Shown: piece by piece, positions 56,512 through 64,000 of the stretch | Position numbering within the stretch: position 1 is the first letter of the stretch | Layout: every line of letters starts with the position of its first letter | Assembly: GCA_964619365.1 (NCBI GenBank) | Contig: CAZUDQ010000006.1 | Span: 1-64,000 of the forward strand | From: an uncultured archaeon | Lineage (GTDB): Archaea; Altiarchaeota; Altiarchaeia; JAFGQM01 | Direction of reading: 5' to 3' | Length of the DNA: 64,000 nt | Program-made: the position numbers and the translations under genes | Notes under the pieces: generated by a model | What the model was told of the DNA's origin: nothing | Seen by the model: the letters and a program-made list of their open reading frames with translations, nothing else | Database searches by the model: none

Positions 56512-57084
56512 ATGGATAAAGGCATCTTTGAGGTGCGCATTCACGGAAGAGGCGGACAAGGTGGAAAAACCGCTGCACAATTCATTGCAGAATCGGCAAT
56601 GGATGAAGATAAGTTTGTGCAGGCATTTCCCGAGTATGGCCCTGAACGTAGTGGAGCACCTGTAACTGCATATGCGCGTATATCGGACGAAAAAATCCGT
56701 TTATACCAGCCAGTCCGCAACCCGGACGTAGTGCTTGTGATTGATCCGACACTTATCGGTCCGATAAGTGTCAGCGATGGAATGGATGAAAACGGGATTC
56801 TTATTATAAATTCACCAAAGAGTCCTGACGAGATGAAAAAAGAGACTGGCTTTAAAGGTAAGGTTTACACCGTTGATGCCACAAAAATCTCCCTTGAAGC
56901 TACAGGCGCCAATAAGCCCAATTTACCAATACTTGGAGCCCTAGTCAAAGCAACAGGAATCATCTCTATTGAGGCTCTTGAAGAAAAGACACGTCAGAAA
57001 TTCGAAAAGAAGCTGGGCAAAGAAAAAACCCAGGCGACAGTCGATGCCATAAAAAGTGCTTATGACGGGGTAAAAGGAAACTGA
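56512..57084 (+). CDS. porC: Pyruvate:ferredoxin oxidoreductase gamma
   Basis: EVRIHGRGGQG, FPEYGPERSGAPV. Confidence 0.93.
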   Translation: MDKGIFEVRIHGRGGQGGKTAAQFIAESAMDEDKFVQAFPEYGPERSGAPVTAYARISDEKIRLYQPVRNPDVVLVIDPTLIGPISVSDGMDENGILIINSPKSPDEMKKETGFKGKVYTVDATKISLEATGANKPNLPILGALVKATGIISIEALEEKTRQKFEKKLGKEKTQATVDAIKSAYDGVKGN

Positions 57085-57090
57085 TTAACA

Positions 57091-57384
57091 ATGGCTGAGA
57101 AAAAAGGTTGGAAAGATATCCCAATCGGGGGTATAATCGATAAGCCGCCTACATCTGTAAACAATAAAACAGGGGCATGGCGCGCGTTTAGGCCAGTTTG
57201 GGATGAAGAAAAATGCATTAACTGTATGATGTGTGTTGCATTATGTCCAGACATGGCAATTCCGGTTAAAGACGGGAAAAGAAAGGAGACGGATTTTGAT
57301 TACTGCAAAGGCTGTGGTATATGTAAGGCGATTTGCCCGGTAAAGTGTATCAAAATGGAAGAAGAAAGTAAGTTTAGAAAATGA
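57091..57384 (+). CDS. porD: Pyruvate:ferredoxin oxidoreductase delta
   Basis: TGAWR..RP, two CxxCxxCxxxCP motifs. Confidence 0.93.
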   Translation: MAEKKGWKDIPIGGIIDKPPTSVNNKTGAWRAFRPVWDEEKCINCMMCVALCPDMAIPVKDGKRKETDFDYCKGCGICKAICPVKCIKMEEESKFRK

Positions 57385-58547
57385 ACAAGGCAAAACCACT
57401 TACAGGTGCAGGCGCTGTCGCGCAGGCAATGAGGCAGATTAACCCTGATGTTGTTGCGGCATACCCAATAACACCCCAGACTCCGATTGTCGAAGGCTTT
57501 GCAAAGTTTGTTGCAGATGGGATTGTTAAAACAGAGATGATAAGGGTGGAATCAGAACATTCTGCTCTTTCTGCTGTTGTTGGTTCAGCATTTGCAGGAG
57601 CAAGAACGATGACTGCGACATCTTCGGCTGGTCTTGCTTTGATGTATGAGATTTTAGGTGTTGCTTCAGGTCTTAGAGCGCCAATTGTCATGCCAATAGC
57701 AAACAGAGCTCTTTCTTCGCCACTTAATATTCACTGTGACCATTCGGACACCATGGGTTGTAGGGACATGGGCTGGCTGCAGATTTATGCTGAAGACGCT
57801 CAGGAGTCTTATGAGAACACGCTTCTTGCGATGCGTCTTGCTGAGCATCCGGATATCCTAACACCGATAATGCCTTGTATGGACGGCTTTATCACAAGCC
57901 ACGGTGTTGAGAACGTTATTATACATAGTGACGAAGCAGTAAGAGATTTTATTGGGGAATATAAGTTCCCCTACAACCTCCTTGATGTTGAGCATCCAAT
58001 AACTGTCGGTGCAATTGAACTCACGGATTATCTCTTTGAGACAAAACGTCAGCAGGTGGAATCAATCAGCAAAGTGCCTGATGTCTTGCCAAAGATAGCT
58101 TGCGAGCTTGCGAGAATAACTGAAAACGAGTTTGACGTCGTTGAGGAGTATCACACAGATGATGCAGATGCGATAATTGTTGTTATGAGTTCGGCTGCTG
58201 GAACGACAAAGACTGTTGTTGATAAAATGAGAAAAGAAGGCAAAAAGGTTGGCCTCCTAAAACTCAGGATGTTTAGACCATTTCCTTACGAGCGCATTGC
58301 AAAAGGACTTGTGGGAGCAAAGGCGGTTGCTGTTCTTGATCGTGCGGCAAGCTACGGAGCTGACGCACCAATATTTACAGACGTTAAGTGTTCGCTTTAT
58401 GCGAGCTCAGAAAAGCCAAAAATCCAAAGTTATGTCTTTGGTATCGGCGGCCGCGAGCTTTATGACGACCACATAGAAAAAGTGTTTGACGACCTCCTTG
58501 CGGGAAAAGTTACCGGTAAGGAAGAATACATCAACTTAAGAGAATGA
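57381..58547 (+). CDS. porA: Pyruvate:ferredoxin oxidoreductase alpha
   Basis: AYPITPQT, VESEHSA, TATSS.GL, RPFP. Confidence 0.94.
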   Translation: MNKAKPLTGAGAVAQAMRQINPDVVAAYPITPQTPIVEGFAKFVADGIVKTEMIRVESEHSALSAVVGSAFAGARTMTATSSAGLALMYEILGVASGLRAPIVMPIANRALSSPLNIHCDHSDTMGCRDMGWLQIYAEDAQESYENTLLAMRLAEHPDILTPIMPCMDGFITSHGVENVIIHSDEAVRDFIGEYKFPYNLLDVEHPITVGAIELTDYLFETKRQQVESISKVPDVLPKIACELARITENEFDVVEEYHTDDADAIIVVMSSAAGTTKTVVDKMRKEGKKVGLLKLRMFRPFPYERIAKGLVGAKAVAVLDRAASYGADAPIFTDVKCSLYASSEKPKIQSYVFGIGGRELYDDHIEKVFDDLLAGKVTGKEEYINLRE

Positions 58548-59467
58548 ACTACAAAGAATTTGCAGCTAAGGAATGTAGGCTAGCACCTGGTCACAGGCTC
58601 TGTGGAGGTTGTGTCGCGCCAGTTGTTGTAAAAACGGTACTTGGGGCAACAGACAAGCCAGTTGTTGCAGCAAACGCAACAGGATGTCTTGAAGTTTCAA
58701 CGACAATCTATCCTGACTCTGCATGGAAGATACCATGGATACACAGCGCCTTTGAAAACGCCTCAGCAACAATATCTGGAGTTGAGACTGCTTACCGCTC
58801 GCTTAAAAAGCAGGGTAAGATTGATAAGGACATAAAGTTTGTGTGTTTTGGTGGTGACGGCGGGACCTATGATATTGGACTTCAGTCGCTTTCAGGAGCT
58901 CTTGAGCGTGGACACGACTTCCTTTATGTGTGTTACGACAACGAAGCTTACATGAACACAGGAAACCAGCGTTCCAGTTCAACGCCATTTGGTGCATCTA
59001 CGACAACAGCACCGGCCGGCAAAGTGATTCAGGGTAAAACAGAATGGAAAAAGGATCTTCTTAAGATTGCTGTTGCCCACCACATACCGTATGCTGCGAG
59101 TGCTGCTGTTGGAAACTGGCTTGATTTTGTGAATAAGGCTGAGAAGGCATTTACAATAGAAGGGCCAAAGGTGCTTCTTGTAAATTCGCCATGTACAACA
59201 CTTTGGGGCTTTGCAAATGATAGTGCAATAGACTTATCAAAGTTGCTTGTAGAAACTGGCGCATGGCCGCTTTATGAAGTCGTTGACGGCAAGTACAAGC
59301 TTACGTACAAGCCTAAGGAGAGAAAGCCTATTCTTGAGTACTTAAAGACCCAGGCACGCTTTAAGCACCTCCTTAAGCCGGAAAACGCGCACATTGTCGA
59401 GAAGATTCAAAAGCATGTTGATTCTGACTGGGCAGAGATGCTCAGGCTTTGTGGCGAGAGCGAGTAA
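58544..59467 (+). CDS. porB: Pyruvate:ferredoxin oxidoreductase beta
   Basis: GHRLCGGC, TGCLE, GGDGG..DIG, DNEAYMNTG.QRS. Confidence 0.94.
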   Translation: MNYKEFAAKECRLAPGHRLCGGCVAPVVVKTVLGATDKPVVAANATGCLEVSTTIYPDSAWKIPWIHSAFENASATISGVETAYRSLKKQGKIDKDIKFVCFGGDGGTYDIGLQSLSGALERGHDFLYVCYDNEAYMNTGNQRSSSTPFGASTTTAPAGKVIQGKTEWKKDLLKIAVAHHIPYAASAAVGNWLDFVNKAEKAFTIEGPKVLLVNSPCTTLWGFANDSAIDLSKLLVETGAWPLYEVVDGKYKLTYKPKERKPILEYLKTQARFKHLLKPENAHIVEKIQKHVDSDWAEMLRLCGESE

Positions 59468-59510
59468 TTTTACTCGCTTCTTATTTTCTTTTTATTTTTT
59501 AATATTTTTT
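59459..59510 (+). terminator. Stop-codon-overlapping hairpin plus T-tract after porB
   Basis: AGCGAGTA-ATTT-TACTCGCT (59459-59478) then a long T-rich run. Confidence 0.6.
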
Positions 59511-59616
59511 ATTCTTCTAGCTTTGGCTCGCTAAAACAGAACACTAAAAAAATAATGCAGATAATTCTACCCTTACGCTAAGAATAAAAAGAGGCTTAAT
59601 GGGACTTAATATGGAT

Positions 59617-59928
59617 TTAACAACTTTTTACGTCGTGAAACCCTTGTGCGACAAGAGTGTCATAATCGATTGAACCCTTCTCTGTTAGAGTCGCACGTAC
59701 AGGCTTTATCTCTGCAAGAATCTTTTTTGTCGCAACTGACGGATCAGAAACAATCACTTTTAGCTTCTTTTGCGGGAAGCTGATGTTTGCCCTCACGACC
59801 TCAGGTATAAGCAGTACTTTATACTGTAAGAAGGCGGCATGCGACGCGCTTTCAAGACCATTTAATGAAAACTCCTCTATTGTAACCTTCTCAAAAGGCT
59901 CAGTCCCGTATCTTCCCTTGTGAGTCAT
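59617..59928 (-). CDS. HMA/ferredoxin-like fold small protein lacking CxxC
   Basis: F.L.GL.S.SHA......L...PEV..A.IS.....L.V pattern; directly downstream of tes. Confidence 0.55.
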   Translation of the reverse strand: MTHKGRYGTEPFEKVTIEEFSLNGLESASHAAFLQYKVLLIPEVVRANISFPQKKLKVIVSDPSVATKKILAEIKPVRATLTEKGSIDYDTLVAQGFHDVKSC

Positions 59929-59929
59929 T

Positions 59930-61558
59930 TTATAGTTTAAAGTTGTCTTTTATGTCAAGGTAGGCCTTCTTATAAACATCACCTGCTTCAAGAGGTGCTG
60001 GCTTGCGCTTATACTTTCCATCGAGTATCTTCTTTCCTGTTTGTTTCTCCCATTCCTCAGCGGGGATGGCATATTGAGCCTGTACTTTATCCCTATATAT
60101 CTCGGGAAGCACGTTAAACGCACAGAAAGGGATTATTCTCCCGTCAGGCATCGCATAGTGGATGCAACAACGCTCAACGCGCTCAACATCATAATTATAC
60201 GGATCCTGGAAGTGCATCATGCCAATAAACATCGACTTGCGATGAAGCTCTCCAATTGCATGATAATTGTGCTTGACAAGGGCATTGAAAAGTAGCTTAT
60301 TAAGTGAGAAGCCTTCTGGCTGCTTGTCCTTTTCTATGAACTTTCCCAGGTTGCGATATACTTTGATTCCAGTCCACACTTTACTTTTGCCACGACGTTC
60401 TTCTGCCATCTCTTCAAGATATTCTAAAAGACCGTCAACATCTACAAAACTGGGCAATGTGACGAGTTTGCCGTCATCGCCTTTTATTATGTAGGTTGCC
60501 ATACCACATGCAAAGTGAGTTGAAAGTGTATACTGGGGTTTTCCAGTTATTGCTTCAACAAAATCGGTTATTGGTGCCACTGAAGGGACTGGGAAGAAAT
60601 CATCTTTTGTGATAACTCCATTTGTTTGCTCTTCAATATTTGCGATGACTTTTGGTATAGTTATTCTTTGTGCATCACGCTCTTTTTGTGGCATCCTTCC
60701 GACTAAAGAGACTGGCTGGAAGTTTATTCCCTTGATGACATCAAGGTTGTTTAAGCCGAAATTGACTATGTCTCCCGTTTCATGGTCGTTTATGCCTTTA
60801 ATCATTGTCGGGACAAGTACAATTCCCATGCCGCATTTTCTACAGTTTTCAATCGCATAAGGGGCTTCCCAGTGGTTTTTGGGGTTTGACTTCTTACTTA
60901 CTCCGTCAAAACTCATATATACGGTGTTTGAGCCAGCTTCGCGAAGCGCTGCGGGGAGTTCTGGTTTAAATGCGAAATTTATGGCATCAGTGTTTATCTG
61001 AACGTGGTCGATGCCTTCTTCTTTCATTATCTTGACCATGTCAACAAGGTCTTCTCTCATAGTGGGCTCGCCACCCGTTATCTGAACTGCCTTACATGGA
61101 ACGGGCTTTTCTGAGGCAAGGTTCTTTGCCATAGCGCGTATCTGTTCAAGAGTCGGTTCATATACGGGTTGGCCTTCTTTAGCGTAAAAGAAGCAGTACC
61201 AGCAGGAAAGGTCGCATCTGTTTGTCGCGACAATATTAGCTAATGCCGTGTGGCTTTTATGTCGTGTGCATATACCGCAATCATATGGGCAATTTGCGCC
61301 GGTAGACTCTAAATTTGGGTTCTTTTGAAATACGGGTGATGACGCATACTTGCGAGCTCTTTCATAAAGCTCAACGTCCTCCCAGTATTTTTCGACATAC
61401 TCCCCATGTTCCGGGCAGGTCTTTTTCATCCAGACAATACCGTCTTTTGCAAAAACGTGAGCTTCTATTGGACGTTTGCACTCAGGGCAAAGCGAAGTTG
61501 TTGTGTGTGGCAGGGAATCGCCATATTTTTTTGATTCCGTTTTCTGTGATTTTGTCAT
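59930..61558 (-). CDS. tes: Tetraether lipid synthase family radical SAM (MJ0619/Tes)
   Basis: N-terminal SLCPEC...KTCPEHG, CPYDCGIC..H, TNRCDLSCWYCF, NFQPV, H.ACG, RCCIHY, IPFC.FN; GAGGTGA SD-like site upstream. Confidence 0.85.
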   Translation of the reverse strand: MTKSQKTESKKYGDSLPHTTTSLCPECKRPIEAHVFAKDGIVWMKKTCPEHGEYVEKYWEDVELYERARKYASSPVFQKNPNLESTGANCPYDCGICTRHKSHTALANIVATNRCDLSCWYCFFYAKEGQPVYEPTLEQIRAMAKNLASEKPVPCKAVQITGGEPTMREDLVDMVKIMKEEGIDHVQINTDAINFAFKPELPAALREAGSNTVYMSFDGVSKKSNPKNHWEAPYAIENCRKCGMGIVLVPTMIKGINDHETGDIVNFGLNNLDVIKGINFQPVSLVGRMPQKERDAQRITIPKVIANIEEQTNGVITKDDFFPVPSVAPITDFVEAITGKPQYTLSTHFACGMATYIIKGDDGKLVTLPSFVDVDGLLEYLEEMAEERRGKSKVWTGIKVYRNLGKFIEKDKQPEGFSLNKLLFNALVKHNYHAIGELHRKSMFIGMMHFQDPYNYDVERVERCCIHYAMPDGRIIPFCAFNVLPEIYRDKVQAQYAIPAEEWEKQTGKKILDGKYKRKPAPLEAGDVYKKAYLDIKDNFKL

Positions 61559-61643
61559 GATTATTGTCACCTCATAAACATTTAATGATTATTAAAAGTT
61601 GTAAATTTATATGCTTGAAGTATATAAACTTAGTGGTTTTGAT

Positions 61644-62138
61644 ATGGTTAAAAAATCATCTGAAGATGCTGTGGGTAAGATAGAAGAAAGGATTCTTGAG
61701 AGTTTTGCCGCCGTAGCAGAAACCATAGGTTACTCGCCACTCCATGGCAAGATAATCGCAGTCCTCCTCATACGCAATGCCCCAACAAGCTTAAACGATG
61801 TCGCGCTTGAAACGGGTTATTCGAGTTCCATGATATCCCTCTCCTTTGACTTCTTGGAAATAATGGAGGTCATAACAAAAATAAAGAAGCCTGGCGACCG
61901 TAAATTGTATGTAAAGCTCAATGGAGATCTTCTTGGGATATTAAAAAAGGCAATAGTGATTAGAGTAAAAAAGGCACTTTCAAGTTCCCTTGAGGAATTC
62001 GGAGAAAGTAAAGAATCGCTGTGCGAGATTAACGATGAGGATAAGATTCGCCTTGAGCAGGCCATAAACACAATGGAACATGAAATCGGCAGGCTCAGTT
62101 ATTATGTCGCTATGCTTGATAAGATAGAACTGCCGTAA
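61644..62138 (+). CDS. GbsR/MarR-family regulator
   Basis: GYSPLHGKI...L, SL..VA..TGYS.S.IS, KPGDRK.Y, C-terminal helices; divergent from tes. Confidence 0.85.
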   Translation: MVKKSSEDAVGKIEERILESFAAVAETIGYSPLHGKIIAVLLIRNAPTSLNDVALETGYSSSMISLSFDFLEIMEVITKIKKPGDRKLYVKLNGDLLGILKKAIVIRVKKALSSSLEEFGESKESLCEINDEDKIRLEQAINTMEHEIGRLSYYVAMLDKIELP

Positions 62139-62202
62139 TCAAGCTAATTCTTGGAAAAAGCTGCTTGCAAAGGCTAATTTTTAATAAAATAAGAAAAAGC
62201 GT

Positions 62203-62226
62203 TAGCCCGAGTAAAGTCTCGGGCTA
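62203..62226. terminator. Hairpin between convergent genes
   Basis: TAGCCCGAG-TAAAGT-CTCGGGCTA. Confidence 0.6.
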
Positions 62227-62254
62227 TTTGTTTAATAAAATAAAAAAAGCGACC

Positions 62255-63442
62255 TTATTGGGTCGCCGCGTCACTGATTAATTGCTCGATTACTGCTCTG
62301 AAATCTGCTTCTTCAGCCGCAAGGTCATTTTTCGACTCGTAAGCGGATCCAACACGGTAATACTTGCAACCAAAGACGAATGTCGGAATTGAGCCTCTGT
62401 CGTTGAATTGCTTAAACACTGCAAGTTCTGATTCAGGGACTTCTGTTTCGACTTCTTCTGTTATACTATCGTCCCCGGTGTCAACTTCCCAGTGGTGAGC
62501 AACAATCTTGCCTGCATCAACATATTCAGACATAACCTCATCAAAGGTCTCTTTTATCCAAGAGCAATGTGGGCACCATGTGGTCGTATAAAGTCTCATT
62601 ACAGGCTTTTCACCTTCTACACAGACCGCATAATCAAATGCCTTAAACGAACCTATTCCTTCAACCTGCTTTGGAGGCATTGTACCTGCAAGAACTTTTG
62701 CTATTGCATCTTCAAATGTCTCATAAGGCTGTGCTCCTGAAATGAACCATCCATCCTTACCACCAACAAAGATTGCCGGAGTTCCTGAAACGCCAAGTTC
62801 TGCTGCGAGTGTTATATCTTCCTGGACTTCGTCTTCTTTGGAGTTTGACTTCAGACATGTTGAGAACTCATCTACATTAAGTCCTTCAATTGTTGCCGCC
62901 ATCTTTTGAATGTCTTCGACTGAAAGGCTTGTTTGGTTGTCAAACATCAAGTCGTGAAGCTCCCAGAACTTGCCCTGATCTTCGGCGCATTCTCCAGCTT
63001 CTGCTGCGTCCTGTGCCTTCTCGTGGAATGACAATGGATAATTGATGTATTCAAACGAAATCTTATCGCCATAGTTCTTCTCAAGCTCATCCATAGTATC
63101 GGCAAACCTTCTGCTGTATCCACACTCAAAATCGCTAAAGACCATTATATTTACTTTGTCATCTTCTGCAGTCTCATTTTTAACAGGAATTACAATGGGC
63201 TCCTGTGTGGAATCATTCACTACGGGCGTTACCTTTTTTACAGCCTCGCTTGGCGCACTAAGTAGTACAATTGCTGCGACCAGAACTAAGACGCAAACAA
63301 GCGCTGCGACCAAAAAGACTGGATTTGAGCATGCCTTGACTGGGCATTCTGTCTTTTTGGGAGTTTCTTCGATTTTTGTCTTAGAAACTTTTTGAGTATC
63401 TACACTCCTCTTGGGTGCAGATTTCTTCTTTTTTGTAACCAT
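62255..63442 (-). CDS. Membrane-anchored DsbA-like plus thioredoxin-like two-domain protein
   Basis: TM helix; FSDFECGYS..., AAEA.ECA..QGKFW..HD, GTP; second domain WCPHC and SIPTF. Confidence 0.88.
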   Translation of the reverse strand: MVTKKKKSAPKRSVDTQKVSKTKIEETPKKTECPVKACSNPVFLVAALVCVLVLVAAIVLLSAPSEAVKKVTPVVNDSTQEPIVIPVKNETAEDDKVNIMVFSDFECGYSRRFADTMDELEKNYGDKISFEYINYPLSFHEKAQDAAEAGECAEDQGKFWELHDLMFDNQTSLSVEDIQKMAATIEGLNVDEFSTCLKSNSKEDEVQEDITLAAELGVSGTPAIFVGGKDGWFISGAQPYETFEDAIAKVLAGTMPPKQVEGIGSFKAFDYAVCVEGEKPVMRLYTTTWCPHCSWIKETFDEVMSEYVDAGKIVAHHWEVDTGDDSITEEVETEVPESELAVFKQFNDRGSIPTFVFGCKYYRVGSAYESKNDLAAEEADFRAVIEQLISDAATQ

Positions 63443-63487
63443 TTTACTTATAACTTATTATATTGTTTTTGAGTGTTAGGGGAGATT

Positions 63488-64000
63488 TTATTCTCCCGAT
63501 GTTATTTCAACAAGTTTTTTACAAGTTTCATCATCACCCACGCAATAGTATTCGACGCTTAATGAATCGCCAAACAGCTTATCAAGCTCTTCGACAAGCG
63601 CCCTTTGTGCAAGTGAAGCCTCCGAATCCGGGGAGTAGAAAGCTTGGAGCACACTTGTATTATCAGATGGGACACATGACATCTCGCCAGTCTTATACAA
63701 GTTTGATATTATGTATTCATTTGGTATCTGTGCTCCAACAACAGTTCCATCCTCCGCCCGAGTTATGCCAAGTGATTGGCAAATCTCTTTTGGCTCGGCA
63801 TTGTTGTAAAGGCAAGTCAATGTTACAAGAACCTGGAACTCTGTTCCAGATGGCACTTCACCCCGTAACTCTGCAAGGGCAAGAGTCTTTCTTATGCCAG
63901 CTTGGCAATTCCAGATAAGTCTTGGTACTGTTGTCACATTATATGACAATGCAAGCTCTGTATCATACGCATCAAACTTCATCTGACTCTCTTCTGCAAG
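63488..64000 (-). CDS. Thioredoxin-fold protein, 5' end beyond the window
   Basis: Y.VTTVPRL cis-Pro loop; second domain FYSPDSEAS without CxxC; frame open to the window edge. Confidence 0.6.
   Translation of the reverse strand, partial: LAEESQMKFDAYDTELALSYNVTTVPRLIWNCQAGIRKTLALAELRGEVPSGTEFQVLVTLTCLYNNAEPKEICQSLGITRAEDGTVVGAQIPNEYIISNLYKTGEMSCVPSDNTSVLQAFYSPDSEASLAQRALVEELDKLFGDSLSVEYYCVGDDETCKKLVEITSGE

Overview
Archaeal chromosomal window with dense coding and mostly A-rich 'AAAATG' start contexts. Small helical domains, a truncated Dph2 and many basic orphans are reminiscent of DPANN-type lineages, but the taxonomy is inference only. Housekeeping content: Hef helicase/nuclease, PEPCK-like protein, Trm1, NDP-sugar synthase, GMP synthase B, riboflavin kinase, NadE, CorA, ADP-forming acetyl-CoA synthetase, an Mch-like protein, split CoaB/CoaC and CoaD, LeuA/CimA, GadB-GadC, tRNA-intron endonuclease, HisE, Mre11/Rad50, aIF2g-S6e-aIF5B, GlnA with Lrp, ThiM/ThiE, SepCysS with a SepCysSn-like partner, SufCB, PorCDAB, Tes-family radical SAM and DsbA-like proteins. 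The most unusual region is a ~6.4 kb island between pscS and sufC (47688-54041). It holds five tandem, very basic paralogs sharing a WRT(R/K)G...GG...L..IS..RK motif. Four of them have their stop codon inside the same 21-bp palindrome (AAAGTAAG-N5-CTTACTTT, 7 copies). Between them lie gene-less 82-bp multi-hairpin units showing a compensatory base change, and the array is followed by two Cys-rich repeat surface proteins. Other candidates are two GC-rich structured RNA-like elements with tiny ORFs (29.1-29.5 kb and 35.3-35.5 kb), and a three-repeat TFB-like protein divergent from a coiled-coil/wHTH regulator. No tRNA, rRNA, CRISPR array, transposase or integrase was recognised. All calls come from reading the sequence by eye, without database searches.
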